A DNA stretch of 33,573 nucleotides from Candidatus Woesearchaeota archaeon (GCA_017609245.1 JAFCEI010000002.1:2639-36211), one strand, 5' to 3'; numbered from the stretch's first letter, positions 14,619-23,036 are shown. Made by a program: numbers and translations. Notes: a model not told the origin generated them from the letters alone.

Positions 14619-15560
14619 ATGGAATACAGGAAATTGATCCAGTTTGGAAAGAACAGTTATGTAGTTTCACTGCCAAAAGAGTGGCTGAACAAGCATAAAC
14701 TAAAAAAAGGAGACACAGTATATGTTGATGAAGGCTCAGAAGGGCTTGCAATATCGCCGAAAGAAAGAAAAAACATAGAAGCTACAGAGATCACAATTGA
14801 TACTACAGGAAAGACAGTAGGAAATATCCAGAGAGAGATTGTAGCAGCATACATCAAGAACTATGATTCCATTGTTCTGGTCGGAGACAACCTCAAGAAG
14901 CACATGCAGGAGATGAGGACGTTCCTGCACCAACTGATTGGTCTGGAAACAATGGAGCAAAGCCTGACAAAGATGGTTGCAAAATCACTTGTAGACCTAA
15001 AGAGCATTTCTATCCCTCTTATGATCAAAAGGATGGACCTTATAGTCAGAGCAATGATACTTGATTCAAAAGGCCCAGCTATCAAAGAAGACGTTGACCT
15101 GGTATATCAAAGAGATTTTGATCTGAACCGCCTGAATTTTCTTTTGCAAAAATCAATACGTGCTGCAATAAAAGACCCTGTAGTATCAAGGATGGTCAAG
15201 AGAGCACCTGACCAGCTGGTAGATGACCTGACAATCACTTCAACACTCGAAAGCATAGGAGATGATATCAAGAGGCTGTTCAGGCTATCTTATGAAACAA
15301 AACCTAGCAAGACAGACCTAAAAGAACTGAACAAGATATACTCAAACACTGAAAAAGCATACCTTGATGTCATGAAATCTTACTATAAAAAAAATGTTGA
15401 GCTGTCTGAGAAGATATCAGACATATGCAAAAAAAATCTTGTAGAGTGCGATGAGTTCCTGGAAGAAAACCCAAAGCCAGGAGTAGTAAGGATGCTTGAA
15501 AAACTAAAGACATTACAGATCCACATCAGAACCATAGCAAGGCTAGTGAGAAATTCTTAA
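14619..15560 (+). CDS. AbrB/SpoVT-domain plus PhoU-domain regulator (archaeal PhoU-like phosphate uptake regulator)
   Basis: The N-terminus, RKLIQFGKNSYVVSLPKEWLNKHKLKKGDTVYVDE, is a swapped-hairpin AbrB fold motif. About 220 aa of helical PhoU-like repeats follow. Confidence 0.8.
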   Translation: MEYRKLIQFGKNSYVVSLPKEWLNKHKLKKGDTVYVDEGSEGLAISPKERKNIEATEITIDTTGKTVGNIQREIVAAYIKNYDSIVLVGDNLKKHMQEMRTFLHQLIGLETMEQSLTKMVAKSLVDLKSISIPLMIKRMDLIVRAMILDSKGPAIKEDVDLVYQRDFDLNRLNFLLQKSIRAAIKDPVVSRMVKRAPDQLVDDLTITSTLESIGDDIKRLFRLSYETKPSKTDLKELNKIYSNTEKAYLDVMKSYYKKNVELSEKISDICKKNLVECDEFLEENPKPGVVRMLEKLKTLQIHIRTIARLVRNS

Positions 15561-15639
15561 TGTATTCACTGGAGAATGGTGAAAAATAGAAAGCTTTATA
15601 TATAGGGAAAACACCTTGTTTATATAGGACTTTAATAAA

Positions 15640-16899
15640 ATGTCAGAAAATGAACTTCCCCCATATTTAGAAACTCAAAATGTCCTCGGATTGACCGAAG
15701 ACTATTTTAAGGGGGTGCTCTCGCCACATTTTGGGGGTCATCCTGAGATAAATGGACCAGTGATATTCAAAAGATCTGACAAAGGGTATAAATATTTCTT
15801 AGGGGGCCAGTATAAGATTTCTGTGCCATGCAAAAAAAATGAAAAAAAAGTAGATAAAGAGCTGTTTCTGAAGATATTTGATAAAAATAGGGTTAAGGGA
15901 GCTTTTTTCAAATCAGATACATATGAAGCAAGAATACTAAGATTCTATTCCCCGCTGCAATGTCCTGTCCCAACACTGATTGACCACAGAAGAGATGATA
16001 ATGCACTGATCATGAATTATGTTCATGGCGACACTCTTGAGGAAAAAATCATTGGACTGAAGACAAAAGACATAGGGAAGGTCGAAAATCCTGAAGAGAC
16101 GAGAAAACAGTTCATTACAAGATATCTGGAGCACTCAGTGAGAGCTTTGGCAAGCCTGCATGCAAAAGGCAGCCATAATGTGCAGATGCTGGAAGAAGAT
16201 GGCAAACTGCTGCTTTTTGTCCCAGATAAGAATTATTATCTCAAAAGATTCTTGAGATATTCCAAGAACATACTTCAGGAATCCAAAAAAGACTTTGAAG
16301 CTGACAGGGAATTCACATCCAAGCTTATCGAACCATTTTATATTATAGATGCTATTCTCCAAAAAGGCAGTTCAGTGATCCACGGAGATCTTCACCCCTC
16401 GAACATAATCATAGTAAAAGAAGATGTTAAGCAGCAGCTTGAAGGCCTGTCAGCAGCCCCTAAAATAACGTTTGTTGATTTTGACCGCGTGCAAAAAGGA
16501 AAAGACGTATCAGATCTTGTAGATATGTTATGCCACCCTCTGTTTGAGATGGATGACCACAAGACAAACCGTTTCATAGAAAAATATCTTGACCAAAGAG
16601 AAAAAACAGCAAGCGAATTGCATAAAGACGATAAGGATTATGGTTATCTCAAGAAAGGGCTTGAATATCATGATGATTTCAAGCTAGTCAGCGTGTTCAG
16701 AAACCTAAGAAGAGCGTCGATCCTGACTAAATTTGAAAAGAACAGGCCAAAAGAATTCAAGGCGTATATTGATGCTTTTCCTGAAAGAAAAAACTACAAG
16801 GCATGGTATCTTGAAGAAGCATTAAAAACATGCCAAAGCAGAGATTCTATAAAAAATCTTGAAAGATTATTTGAGACGGCGCTGGAAAAGCTAGTTTAA
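15640..16899 (+). CDS. Protein-kinase-fold phosphotransferase (APH / choline-kinase-like)
   Basis: The catalytic loop VIHGDLHPSNIII and the metal-binding FVDFDR motif are present. The substrate is unknown. Confidence 0.7.
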   Translation: MSENELPPYLETQNVLGLTEDYFKGVLSPHFGGHPEINGPVIFKRSDKGYKYFLGGQYKISVPCKKNEKKVDKELFLKIFDKNRVKGAFFKSDTYEARILRFYSPLQCPVPTLIDHRRDDNALIMNYVHGDTLEEKIIGLKTKDIGKVENPEETRKQFITRYLEHSVRALASLHAKGSHNVQMLEEDGKLLLFVPDKNYYLKRFLRYSKNILQESKKDFEADREFTSKLIEPFYIIDAILQKGSSVIHGDLHPSNIIIVKEDVKQQLEGLSAAPKITFVDFDRVQKGKDVSDLVDMLCHPLFEMDDHKTNRFIEKYLDQREKTASELHKDDKDYGYLKKGLEYHDDFKLVSVFRNLRRASILTKFEKNRPKEFKAYIDAFPERKNYKAWYLEEALKTCQSRDSIKNLERLFETALEKLV

Positions 16900-16925
16900 A
16901 AAATTTTGAAAATTGATAGTAAAGG

Positions 16926-18017
16926 TTATTTCTCTTTATTTCCTATCTTATCTATAACAAGCCTGCCTTTCTGAACCTTTACACTGAACTCATCTTTTTC
17001 TTTAAAGCCAGTGGCTTTTGTGATCAGTTCAGGCAGCAATATCCTCTCACCTCTAAAGTCAAGCTCAGTCAGTATCTCTTTTGCCTCTTCTTTAGGTTGT
17101 GCAATCCCCAACTCTTCAAATATCTGGGACGTCACGATTTTCTTTCCGCTCTCTTTCAGCGACTTTGTCCTATCAAAGAGGTATTTTGCTATCTTATCAG
17201 CAACATTTGTCTTTGTTGCTTTTGTGATTCCCTGCAGGCCAGGGCTCAGGTTAAGCTCGATGACAACCGGGCCTTTAGCACCCTCTAAGATATCAACAGC
17301 GCATATCTCTGCCCCAACTGCTTTTGCAGCCATGATTGCGATCTTCTTCGTATATGCATCAGGCTCATAAGGTGTGCCTGTTCCGCCAGCATGTATATTT
17401 GATCTTTTCTCTCCTTTCTGCGCCTCTCTTTTCATCGAAGCTACAACCCTGCCGTCAACAACTATTGCCCTGATATCTGATCCGCCTGTCTCAACATACT
17501 CCTGTATCAAAAAAGGCTGTTTAAGAGCAGCTAATGCGTCGAGCACAGAGGAAGCAGCTGCATATGAGTCTGCAAACATCACCCCTTTGCCCTGGGTTCC
17601 AGAAGGAAATTTCATTATGATTGGATAGTTTATTTTTTCTAGAATCTTTTTAGCTGCCTGGGCAGAGCTAGATAGATAAGTTTTTGGAGTCGGGACATTG
17701 TGCTTCTGCAGCACAAGCTGAGTCAACAGTTTATTTGTACATATAGTATACGAGTCAGGGGTGATGGGGCAATAGGTATTATGCAAAGCTCCTGTCAAAC
17801 TCCTCAACAAAGAAGCATATTTAAAAGATGCTTTGGCATAAACACAATCGTATTTGCTCATCTGCTTGCCATCATAAAGCACTTCCAAGTGCCCGCCAGA
17901 TATATTTACTTCAATGTCTCTTACATCTATTTCATCAACTACCCTGAAGTAATTTGCCATAGCGCTTGAGATCATCTGAGAACTCTTGCTTCCCAAGCTT
18001 ATAAGAGCAGCTTTCAT
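16926..18017 (-). CDS. rimK: RimK-family ATP-grasp alpha-L-glutamate ligase with a C-terminal AbrB-like extension
   Basis: ATP-grasp motifs: YPIIMKFPSGTQGKGV, FLIQEYVE, SDIRAIVVDGRVV, RSNIHAGG, VDILE...GPVVIELNLSPGL. The extra tail of about 70 aa contains ERILLPELITKATGFKEKDEFSVKVQKGRLVIDKI, which looks SpoVT/AbrB-like. Confidence 0.85.
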   Translation of the reverse strand: MKAALISLGSKSSQMISSAMANYFRVVDEIDVRDIEVNISGGHLEVLYDGKQMSKYDCVYAKASFKYASLLRSLTGALHNTYCPITPDSYTICTNKLLTQLVLQKHNVPTPKTYLSSSAQAAKKILEKINYPIIMKFPSGTQGKGVMFADSYAAASSVLDALAALKQPFLIQEYVETGGSDIRAIVVDGRVVASMKREAQKGEKRSNIHAGGTGTPYEPDAYTKKIAIMAAKAVGAEICAVDILEGAKGPVVIELNLSPGLQGITKATKTNVADKIAKYLFDRTKSLKESGKKIVTSQIFEELGIAQPKEEAKEILTELDFRGERILLPELITKATGFKEKDEFSVKVQKGRLVIDKIGNKEK

Positions 18018-18029
18018 TTTCCCCCTGAT

Positions 18030-18374
18030 TTATTTTTTATTTGGATCTATCAGAACATGCATCTTACGAAGCGTGTTCTTGCCGATCAAAACCTTATAAG
18101 TCATATGTGCTCTGTCTGCAATTGTAAAATCTGAATTAAGCTCTTTCCCATTTATCTTTATGTCTGCTTTGATGACTGGCCTTACCATGCCGCCTACAGC
18201 AGACCATATCTTCTTCGTCTTTATCACAGGACCAAGCCCTAACTGAGACGCAAGGGTTGTATCAATGGAGCTTTTGTCAGCTCCTGTATCTACCTTGGCC
18301 TTTAGTTTCTTCTTTTTATTCTTTCCTTTGACAGTTGCTGTTACAACTAATCCTATTATTGCTTTAGGTTTCAT
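18030..18374 (-). CDS. Retropepsin-like aspartic protease domain protein (RimB / DUF785 'ATP-dependent zinc protease' family)
   Basis: KAKVDTGADKSSID (DTGA motif) and its position directly upstream of rimK match the known RimB-RimK pairing. Confidence 0.75.
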   Translation of the reverse strand: MKPKAIIGLVVTATVKGKNKKKKLKAKVDTGADKSSIDTTLASQLGLGPVIKTKKIWSAVGGMVRPVIKADIKINGKELNSDFTIADRAHMTYKVLIGKNTLRKMHVLIDPNKK

Positions 18375-18407
18375 TGCAGAATTAGTTAGTTTAAGGCTTT
18401 ATAAAGC

Positions 18408-19970
18408 TTATGCTTGTTCAAACAGCTTTATTGCCCTATCTTTAAGCAAGAGTACAAAAGGTGCCAGACGAGGTCCTTTTTCCTTGTTTATAAGCACCTT
18501 ATAAGCTGCTTTAAAGAAATCCTGTGGCATGATATCTGATTCCTGGCTTAATTTATAGAAATATTCATACAGCATGTTCTCATCAAATTTTTGGGTTTTA
18601 AGCTTTTCAGCAAGAGTATGAAGTGCCTTTTTTTCTGTTTCAGAAACTGCTGCATCTACTTTTTCCTGAACCTTAAATTTAAACTCTTCAGGTGCATATT
18701 CATTGACCCAATTCAGTGCCCGTTCAGCCCTTGCCTTAACCCTTTTTGCATCTGAACCTTTTACATCCAGGTCTTTCAGGACCTTTTTCATGTCACCCTC
18801 ATATATCTGCACAAGATTTGTCAGATGCCTAAAAGGAACTTGCAGAGGCATTGTTTTTGCAGGCTTGTCAACACATGAAAGTTCATATATCCTCTTCTGT
18901 TTTTCGCGCTCTTTCTCACCAACATCTTCCTGCCCGTAATATATTCTTTCACACTTGTCAAAATCTTCATATATTTTCAACACGTCCAGGTCAAAGCTTA
19001 TCTCAAACTCTGCTTCTGGCCTTGTTCCTGCAAACATGTGCCGTATGATCTCCGGCTCATATATTCTAAGGGCGTCCTGCAATGTGGTTATTATCCCTGC
19101 TGAGCTTGAAAACTGTTTTCCGCCTTTGATTGCGATCCACTCGTACCTCATCGTTGTCGGCTGGCTGTAGCCATAAATCTTTACAACCAGCTCTTTTGCA
19201 GTGTCAAATGAACCTCCTGCAGCAAAATGATCCTTGCCCCCTGACTCAAAATCAACTTTTTCATGATGCCATCTCATCGGCCAGTCTACTCTCCACAATA
19301 ATTTGATAATTCCTTTTTTCCTTATGTCAAATGTGTTCAGGAAATTACAGTCGCACTTATAGCTGACCTTATACTCGCCATCATATTCTGTTATCTTTGT
19401 TGTGTCTTTTTTGCACTTTTCGCAGAACACAGAAACAGGATACCAATCTTCTGCTAACGGCTCTTTCCTGAATCTGTTGAGGATCTCTTTTATCTCTCTA
19501 GTTTTTAACAATGCAATTTTTATATCTTCAGCATAATCGCATTTCCTGTATTTTTTGCTTTGATAGATATAATCTGGCTTGATGCCGACAGCAGGCAGCG
19601 CTTTTTCGATAGGAGCTTCATTATGCTGAGCATAGCTTTTGTGCTTGCACTTATTTGTGTCAGGCACATCTGTGATAGGCATTCTAAGAAATTTTTTCAA
19701 AAAATCCTGCTTAGGCATGTTTACAGGAACTTTTCTGAATGTATCATAATCATCCCAGGAGTAGATGAATCTTACATTTTTTCCAAGGTCTTTCAAAGCC
19801 CTGTTCACTAGATCAACTGTTATTATTTCTCTAAAATTGCCGATATGGATTGTTCCAGAAGGGGTTATTCCAGCAGCTACAACATATTTCTTCTTGTCAC
19901 CCTTCTCAGCAATGATTCTTTTCGCAGTCTGGTCAGCCCAGTGCATCACCTTATTCTTTTTTTCTGCCAT
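18408..19970 (-). CDS. lysK: Lysyl-tRNA synthetase, class I
   Basis: MHWADQTAKRI...YVVAAGITPSGTIHIGNFREI (HIGH-type motif), with the length and pattern of class I archaeal LysRS. Confidence 0.93.
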   Translation of the reverse strand: MAEKKNKVMHWADQTAKRIIAEKGDKKKYVVAAGITPSGTIHIGNFREIITVDLVNRALKDLGKNVRFIYSWDDYDTFRKVPVNMPKQDFLKKFLRMPITDVPDTNKCKHKSYAQHNEAPIEKALPAVGIKPDYIYQSKKYRKCDYAEDIKIALLKTREIKEILNRFRKEPLAEDWYPVSVFCEKCKKDTTKITEYDGEYKVSYKCDCNFLNTFDIRKKGIIKLLWRVDWPMRWHHEKVDFESGGKDHFAAGGSFDTAKELVVKIYGYSQPTTMRYEWIAIKGGKQFSSSAGIITTLQDALRIYEPEIIRHMFAGTRPEAEFEISFDLDVLKIYEDFDKCERIYYGQEDVGEKEREKQKRIYELSCVDKPAKTMPLQVPFRHLTNLVQIYEGDMKKVLKDLDVKGSDAKRVKARAERALNWVNEYAPEEFKFKVQEKVDAAVSETEKKALHTLAEKLKTQKFDENMLYEYFYKLSQESDIMPQDFFKAAYKVLINKEKGPRLAPFVLLLKDRAIKLFEQA

Positions 19971-20039
19971 GATATTTCAAATTTTTTATCATTTAAATAA
20001 ATATGGGCTCTACGGGGTTCGAACCCGCGACCTTTCGGT

Positions 20040-20055
20040 TTCTTTGGATCTAGCT
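20040..20055 (-). other. tRNA intron at the canonical 37/38 position (16 nt, boundary +/-1 nt)
   Basis: 23 nt lie between the anticodon stem halves where 7 are expected. Removing AGCTAGATCCAAAGAA restores the loop CTCTTAA. Confidence 0.75.
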
Positions 20056-20070
20056 TAAGAGCCGAATGCT

Positions 20071-20090
20071 TTTGGCAAGTTTTTGACTTT
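20071..20090 (-). other. Non-canonical tRNA intron in the 3' strand of the D-stem (about position 22/23; 20 nt, boundary +/-1 nt)
   Basis: Removing AAAGTCAAAAACTTGCCAAA restores D-stem GCTC/GAGC. The surrounding sequence reads as a bulge-helix-bulge: TGGT|AGA|AAGT-CAAAA-ACTT|GCCA|AAA. Confidence 0.75.
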
Positions 20091-20118
20091 CTACCAGGCT
20101 GAGCTAAGAGCCCACATC

Positions 20119-20692
20119 TTAAAAAGAATTAACGCCGTTTAAATATCTTTCCATATGATATTGATTGTTTGGCTTGACTATTTGTATAAATTTTTTTATT
20201 TCTTTTTGATCTGCAGATAAATATCCCATCGAGTGTTGCTTGTCCCAGGCATTCTGTGGCTTTGGTGTGCCTCTTTCACAATTCTTTTCTTTGCAGTTCT
20301 GTCTGAGCATTTCAATTCTAAAATAATTAGATTTATGTTTTCTTTTTTAGCCAATCGATAAAACATTTTTCTTGAGGGAATCATATCAAAACAAGTATCA
20401 AGGAATACAAATTTGGCTCTTTTCAATATTTTTTGATCTCCATTATCTTCGCTTCATGGTGTTCCAATCTTTTTTTGGCCTGTTTTCTTGGTGAAAGATG
20501 AATGAAGTCTGAGTGGTACTTCTCAATATATTTTTTAGCAAACAAATCAGAGTCAAAATAAATGCAGTTTTTCAGCTTTTTCTTAAGAATTCTGCATGTA
20601 TAACTCTTGCCAACCCCTGGCAGTCCTCCAATAATAATTAAAGTTGGTTTAGATGAATCAAATTTAAGATATCTTTTAGTGAATAAACCCAT
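20119..20692 (-). pseudogene. P-loop NTPase / small-molecule-kinase-like gene (AAA_33 / zeta-toxin-like fold) broken by two frameshifts
   Basis: Track ORFs 20423..20692 (Walker A IIIGGLPGVGKSY), 20196..20426 (AKFVFLDTCF, Walker-B-like; LELKCSDRTAKKRI) and the tail of 20119..20310 (EIKKFIQIV...) read as one protein of about 190 aa across three frames. The shifts fall at TATTGAAA (about 20424) and the run CAAAAAG (about 20203-20209). Confidence 0.7.
20138..20146 (-). promoter_or_regulatory. Putative TATA box for the tRNA-Lys gene
   Basis: Minus-strand ATATTTAAA has its proximal edge 25 nt upstream of the tRNA 5' G (20113). It lies inside the 3' end of the frameshifted kinase gene. Confidence 0.45.
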
Positions 20693-20693
20693 T

Positions 20694-21035
20694 TCAGAAT
20701 GGTTTTAATTCTCCTGTAATCTTGTCGATCTTCTCTTCTTTGTCAGGACCGATTGCCAGGCAAGTGATAGTAGGTTTTTTGAAGACAGTCAGACCAGCGT
20801 CTTGTATCACAACCGCGATCAGCCCTGTCTTTTCTGCCTCAAGCTGATATTTAAACAATTCTTTTTTGTCCTTGACTTTCAGCACAACCTTTTTCATGCC
20901 TTCTGATTTCCATCTCTTGATATCCTCTTTGTGGCTTTTCAACAATCCTTCAACAGAAGCATGAGCTACCTGAGCTGACATCTTTCCAGCAGGCATCTTA
21001 AGATCCTGCCTTACCAGGATTACTTGTTTGTGCAT
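20694..21035 (-). CDS. pth2: Peptidyl-tRNA hydrolase, archaeal/eukaryotic type (Pth2)
   Basis: 113 aa: KQVILVRQDLKM..GK..AQVAHAS.......KVVLKV.......AG.T.....T.LAIGP is the PTH2 signature. Confidence 0.92.
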   Translation of the reverse strand: MHKQVILVRQDLKMPAGKMSAQVAHASVEGLLKSHKEDIKRWKSEGMKKVVLKVKDKKELFKYQLEAEKTGLIAVVIQDAGLTVFKKPTITCLAIGPDKEEKIDKITGELKPF

Positions 21036-21068
21036 ATTTAAACAATAGAACTAGTCTCTATAAAAGCT

Positions 21069-21941
21069 TTATGATTTAGAGGGAATCTTAAGCTTATGGC
21101 CTGAAGGAAGCTTGTTCTTGTCTACCAGGATATTATTATACATGATCTCGTCAACAGAAGTGTCGAATCTGTTTGCTATCATCGCAAGCGTATCGCCTCT
21201 TTTAACTACATATTCGATGGTGTTGACTTTTTCAGGCTTTATGCGAACTCCCCTATGATTCCTGCTGTCAAGGATGTTCACGATTGCGTAGATCTGAGCA
21301 ACATATCTCCAGGTCTCTGGAGGCAACTTGTTTTTTGGAACCTCCCAGAAACTTCCATATTTTTTTGCCAATCTTTCAACATTTTTAGGCCCCCAATTAT
21401 ATGCTGCAAGCCCAAAATCAATCGAACCGAATTTTTTTGACAGATAAGCCAGGTGATTCAATGCAGGACCGATAGTTCTTACAGGATCAAAAGTTTCATT
21501 AACATAATCATTTATTTCAAGATCAAAATAATCTGTTGCAAGCTCTTCTTCAAACTGATAAGGGCCTGTGCAGTTTGAATTCGGATTCACAGCTCTTGCA
21601 TAACCCTCGCTTTCCACAAACTCAAGACCAAGAACAAGATTTTTCAGATCCTCATAATCATAGCCAAACTGCTCAAAATCAGCAACATAATCTTCTAGAG
21701 TAGAAACATAATCATCCAGTCTGCCAAATATCCTGTTCAATCCTGACCTGCCATTTGATCCTTTTGTCAAGAATCTGCCATCTTTTTCTCTTTTTATGTA
21801 TAAATCCATCTCACTGATGATCCTTTCAACTTTCACTGCCTCAACTGGATCAATTTCAGGATAAAATGATTCAGCAAACAAACCATGCGAAGCTAGAAAA
21901 GTCATCCCTCCAAGTACTAAATGTTTAAGCTTAACCCCCAT
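21069..21941 (-). CDS. Secreted/membrane-anchored lytic transglycosylase (SLT domain) with a C-terminal LysM domain
   Basis: The hydrophobic N-terminus is LVLGGMTFLASHGLFA. The SLT-like core reads VESEGYARAVNPNSNCTGPYQF...AAYNWGPKNV. The LysM domain reads YVVKRGDTLAMIANRFDTSVDEIMYNN......LPSGHKLKIP. Confidence 0.8.
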   Translation of the reverse strand: MGVKLKHLVLGGMTFLASHGLFAESFYPEIDPVEAVKVERIISEMDLYIKREKDGRFLTKGSNGRSGLNRIFGRLDDYVSTLEDYVADFEQFGYDYEDLKNLVLGLEFVESEGYARAVNPNSNCTGPYQFEEELATDYFDLEINDYVNETFDPVRTIGPALNHLAYLSKKFGSIDFGLAAYNWGPKNVERLAKKYGSFWEVPKNKLPPETWRYVAQIYAIVNILDSRNHRGVRIKPEKVNTIEYVVKRGDTLAMIANRFDTSVDEIMYNNILVDKNKLPSGHKLKIPSKS

Positions 21942-21980
21942 GCAACAATGGGAAAATTAAAGATTTTTAAAGTTTTCGGA

Positions 21981-23036
21981 CTAAAACCTCGGCAGATACT
22001 TTGGCCTTTTCAGGCCAGGAATATCTTTCAGAAGATCAACATGCTTCAGCCCGATCTTTCCATAATATAATTTTTTCAGGTCACCGCCCTGTTCAAGCCA
22101 TTTTTTCAGCTCATAATAACCTTGCAGGTAAACATGATCCTTTATCATGCCCCCTGGCTTAGAAGTGTCAGCAACACCTCTTTTTGCGCGCACTGCAAGC
22201 TTAAATGCAGCTTTTTTTGCAAAATATTTTTTTAGATGTTTATAGATGTCAGAAAAAGAGCCTTTCAGAGCCATGTCAACAGCAACAACTCTTGCTGCAT
22301 AATTTCGCAATACCCTATTTGTCATAAGGCCATTCAGATCCTCGTTCAGCACAGCCAACCCTTCCTCTGTCTTCAGATAAGCTGGCAAGCCGATCATGAA
22401 TAATTGGTATGGCTGTTTTCTCCCGTTTTCTGCCCTCAGAACATGCGTGCCTATCTCATGTATTATCAATCGTTTAACAAAGGTTTTTGAAAAAACATCA
22501 TTTTTTCTTACAAGAAGTGTTTTCTTGCTCTGCAGGACATTTGCTGCAGTAGCTATTGACTCTTCCTTGACAATCCAGTTAAAGCCGCATTTTTTAAATG
22601 CTCTTCTCAGCTGGCTGACGACCATTGAGCTGGGCACGATCTTTCTCTCTTTCTCAACCTTTAATTTCAGCAACTCCTTTGCCTTTGCAACTAACTCCTC
22701 ATCAGGAACACCATATAACTTGACAGAGATATCACTAAAATCCTTCTTGCCCCTGTTCTTGATCAAAAGGCATTTCTTGATAATGACCTGCTTTTTCTGC
22801 CGAAATAGATTTTCAATCACAGAATCACCTGTTATCTTAAGATTATTCAGTCTTTTGATCATATAATCCAGGTCAAACTTAAACTCAGAATACTGAAACT
22901 GCGGGTTATAGTTAGGATTTGCAAGAACCTTCTCCATCTCCTCTTCAACATTTGCAGGATTGATGGCCAAAAATGAGACCTGTTTTGCGATTTCTGCAAG
23001 CTCTTTATCGATCTTCTGCAGCTTAGTCAGTCTCAT
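21981..23036 (-). CDS. DUF1704 / MATCAP-like metallocarboxypeptidase family protein (QEGLA-motif family)
   Basis: IIHEIGTHVLRAENG is an atypical HExxxH motif. TEEGLAVLNE is the QEGLA-type motif. RAKRGV.DTS.PG...KD.VYL is also present. Confidence 0.75.
   Translation of the reverse strand: MRLTKLQKIDKELAEIAKQVSFLAINPANVEEEMEKVLANPNYNPQFQYSEFKFDLDYMIKRLNNLKITGDSVIENLFRQKKQVIIKKCLLIKNRGKKDFSDISVKLYGVPDEELVAKAKELLKLKVEKERKIVPSSMVVSQLRRAFKKCGFNWIVKEESIATAANVLQSKKTLLVRKNDVFSKTFVKRLIIHEIGTHVLRAENGRKQPYQLFMIGLPAYLKTEEGLAVLNEDLNGLMTNRVLRNYAARVVAVDMALKGSFSDIYKHLKKYFAKKAAFKLAVRAKRGVADTSKPGGMIKDHVYLQGYYELKKWLEQGGDLKKLYYGKIGLKHVDLLKDIPGLKRPKYLPRF

Larger units (their letters stand above)
20004..20113 (-). 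tRNA. tRNA-Lys (anticodon CUU) interrupted by two introns; no encoded CCA
   Basis: Hand fold of the reverse strand: acceptor GGGCTCT/AGAGCCC; D-arm GCTC-AGCCTGGTA-G[20-nt intron]AGC; anticodon stem TTCGG/CCGAA; loop CTCTTA[16-nt intron]A with CTT at 20057-20059; variable AGGTC; T-arm GCGGG-TTCGAAC-CCCGT; discriminator A. The mature length is 74 nt. Confidence 0.85.

Noticed and set aside
15561-15639. Duplicated TTTATATA(T)AGG boxes upstream of the kinase-fold gene as a regulatory repeat
   Set aside because: Two TATA-like boxes 16 nt apart in an AT-rich spacer are easily explained by chance or alternative promoters. No accompanying palindrome is present.
20119-20426. Treating 20196..20426 and 20119..20310 as two independent small genes
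   Set aside because: Both begin at weak or alternative starts and overlap each other. Together with 20423..20692 they read as consecutive parts of one P-loop kinase fold, so I called a single frameshifted gene instead.
20004-20692. tRNA gene as an integration hotspot, with the adjacent broken gene as a remnant of a mobile element
   Set aside because: There is no integrase, no direct repeat of the tRNA 3' end and no other mobile-element gene nearby. The flanking genes (lysK, pth2) are core housekeeping.
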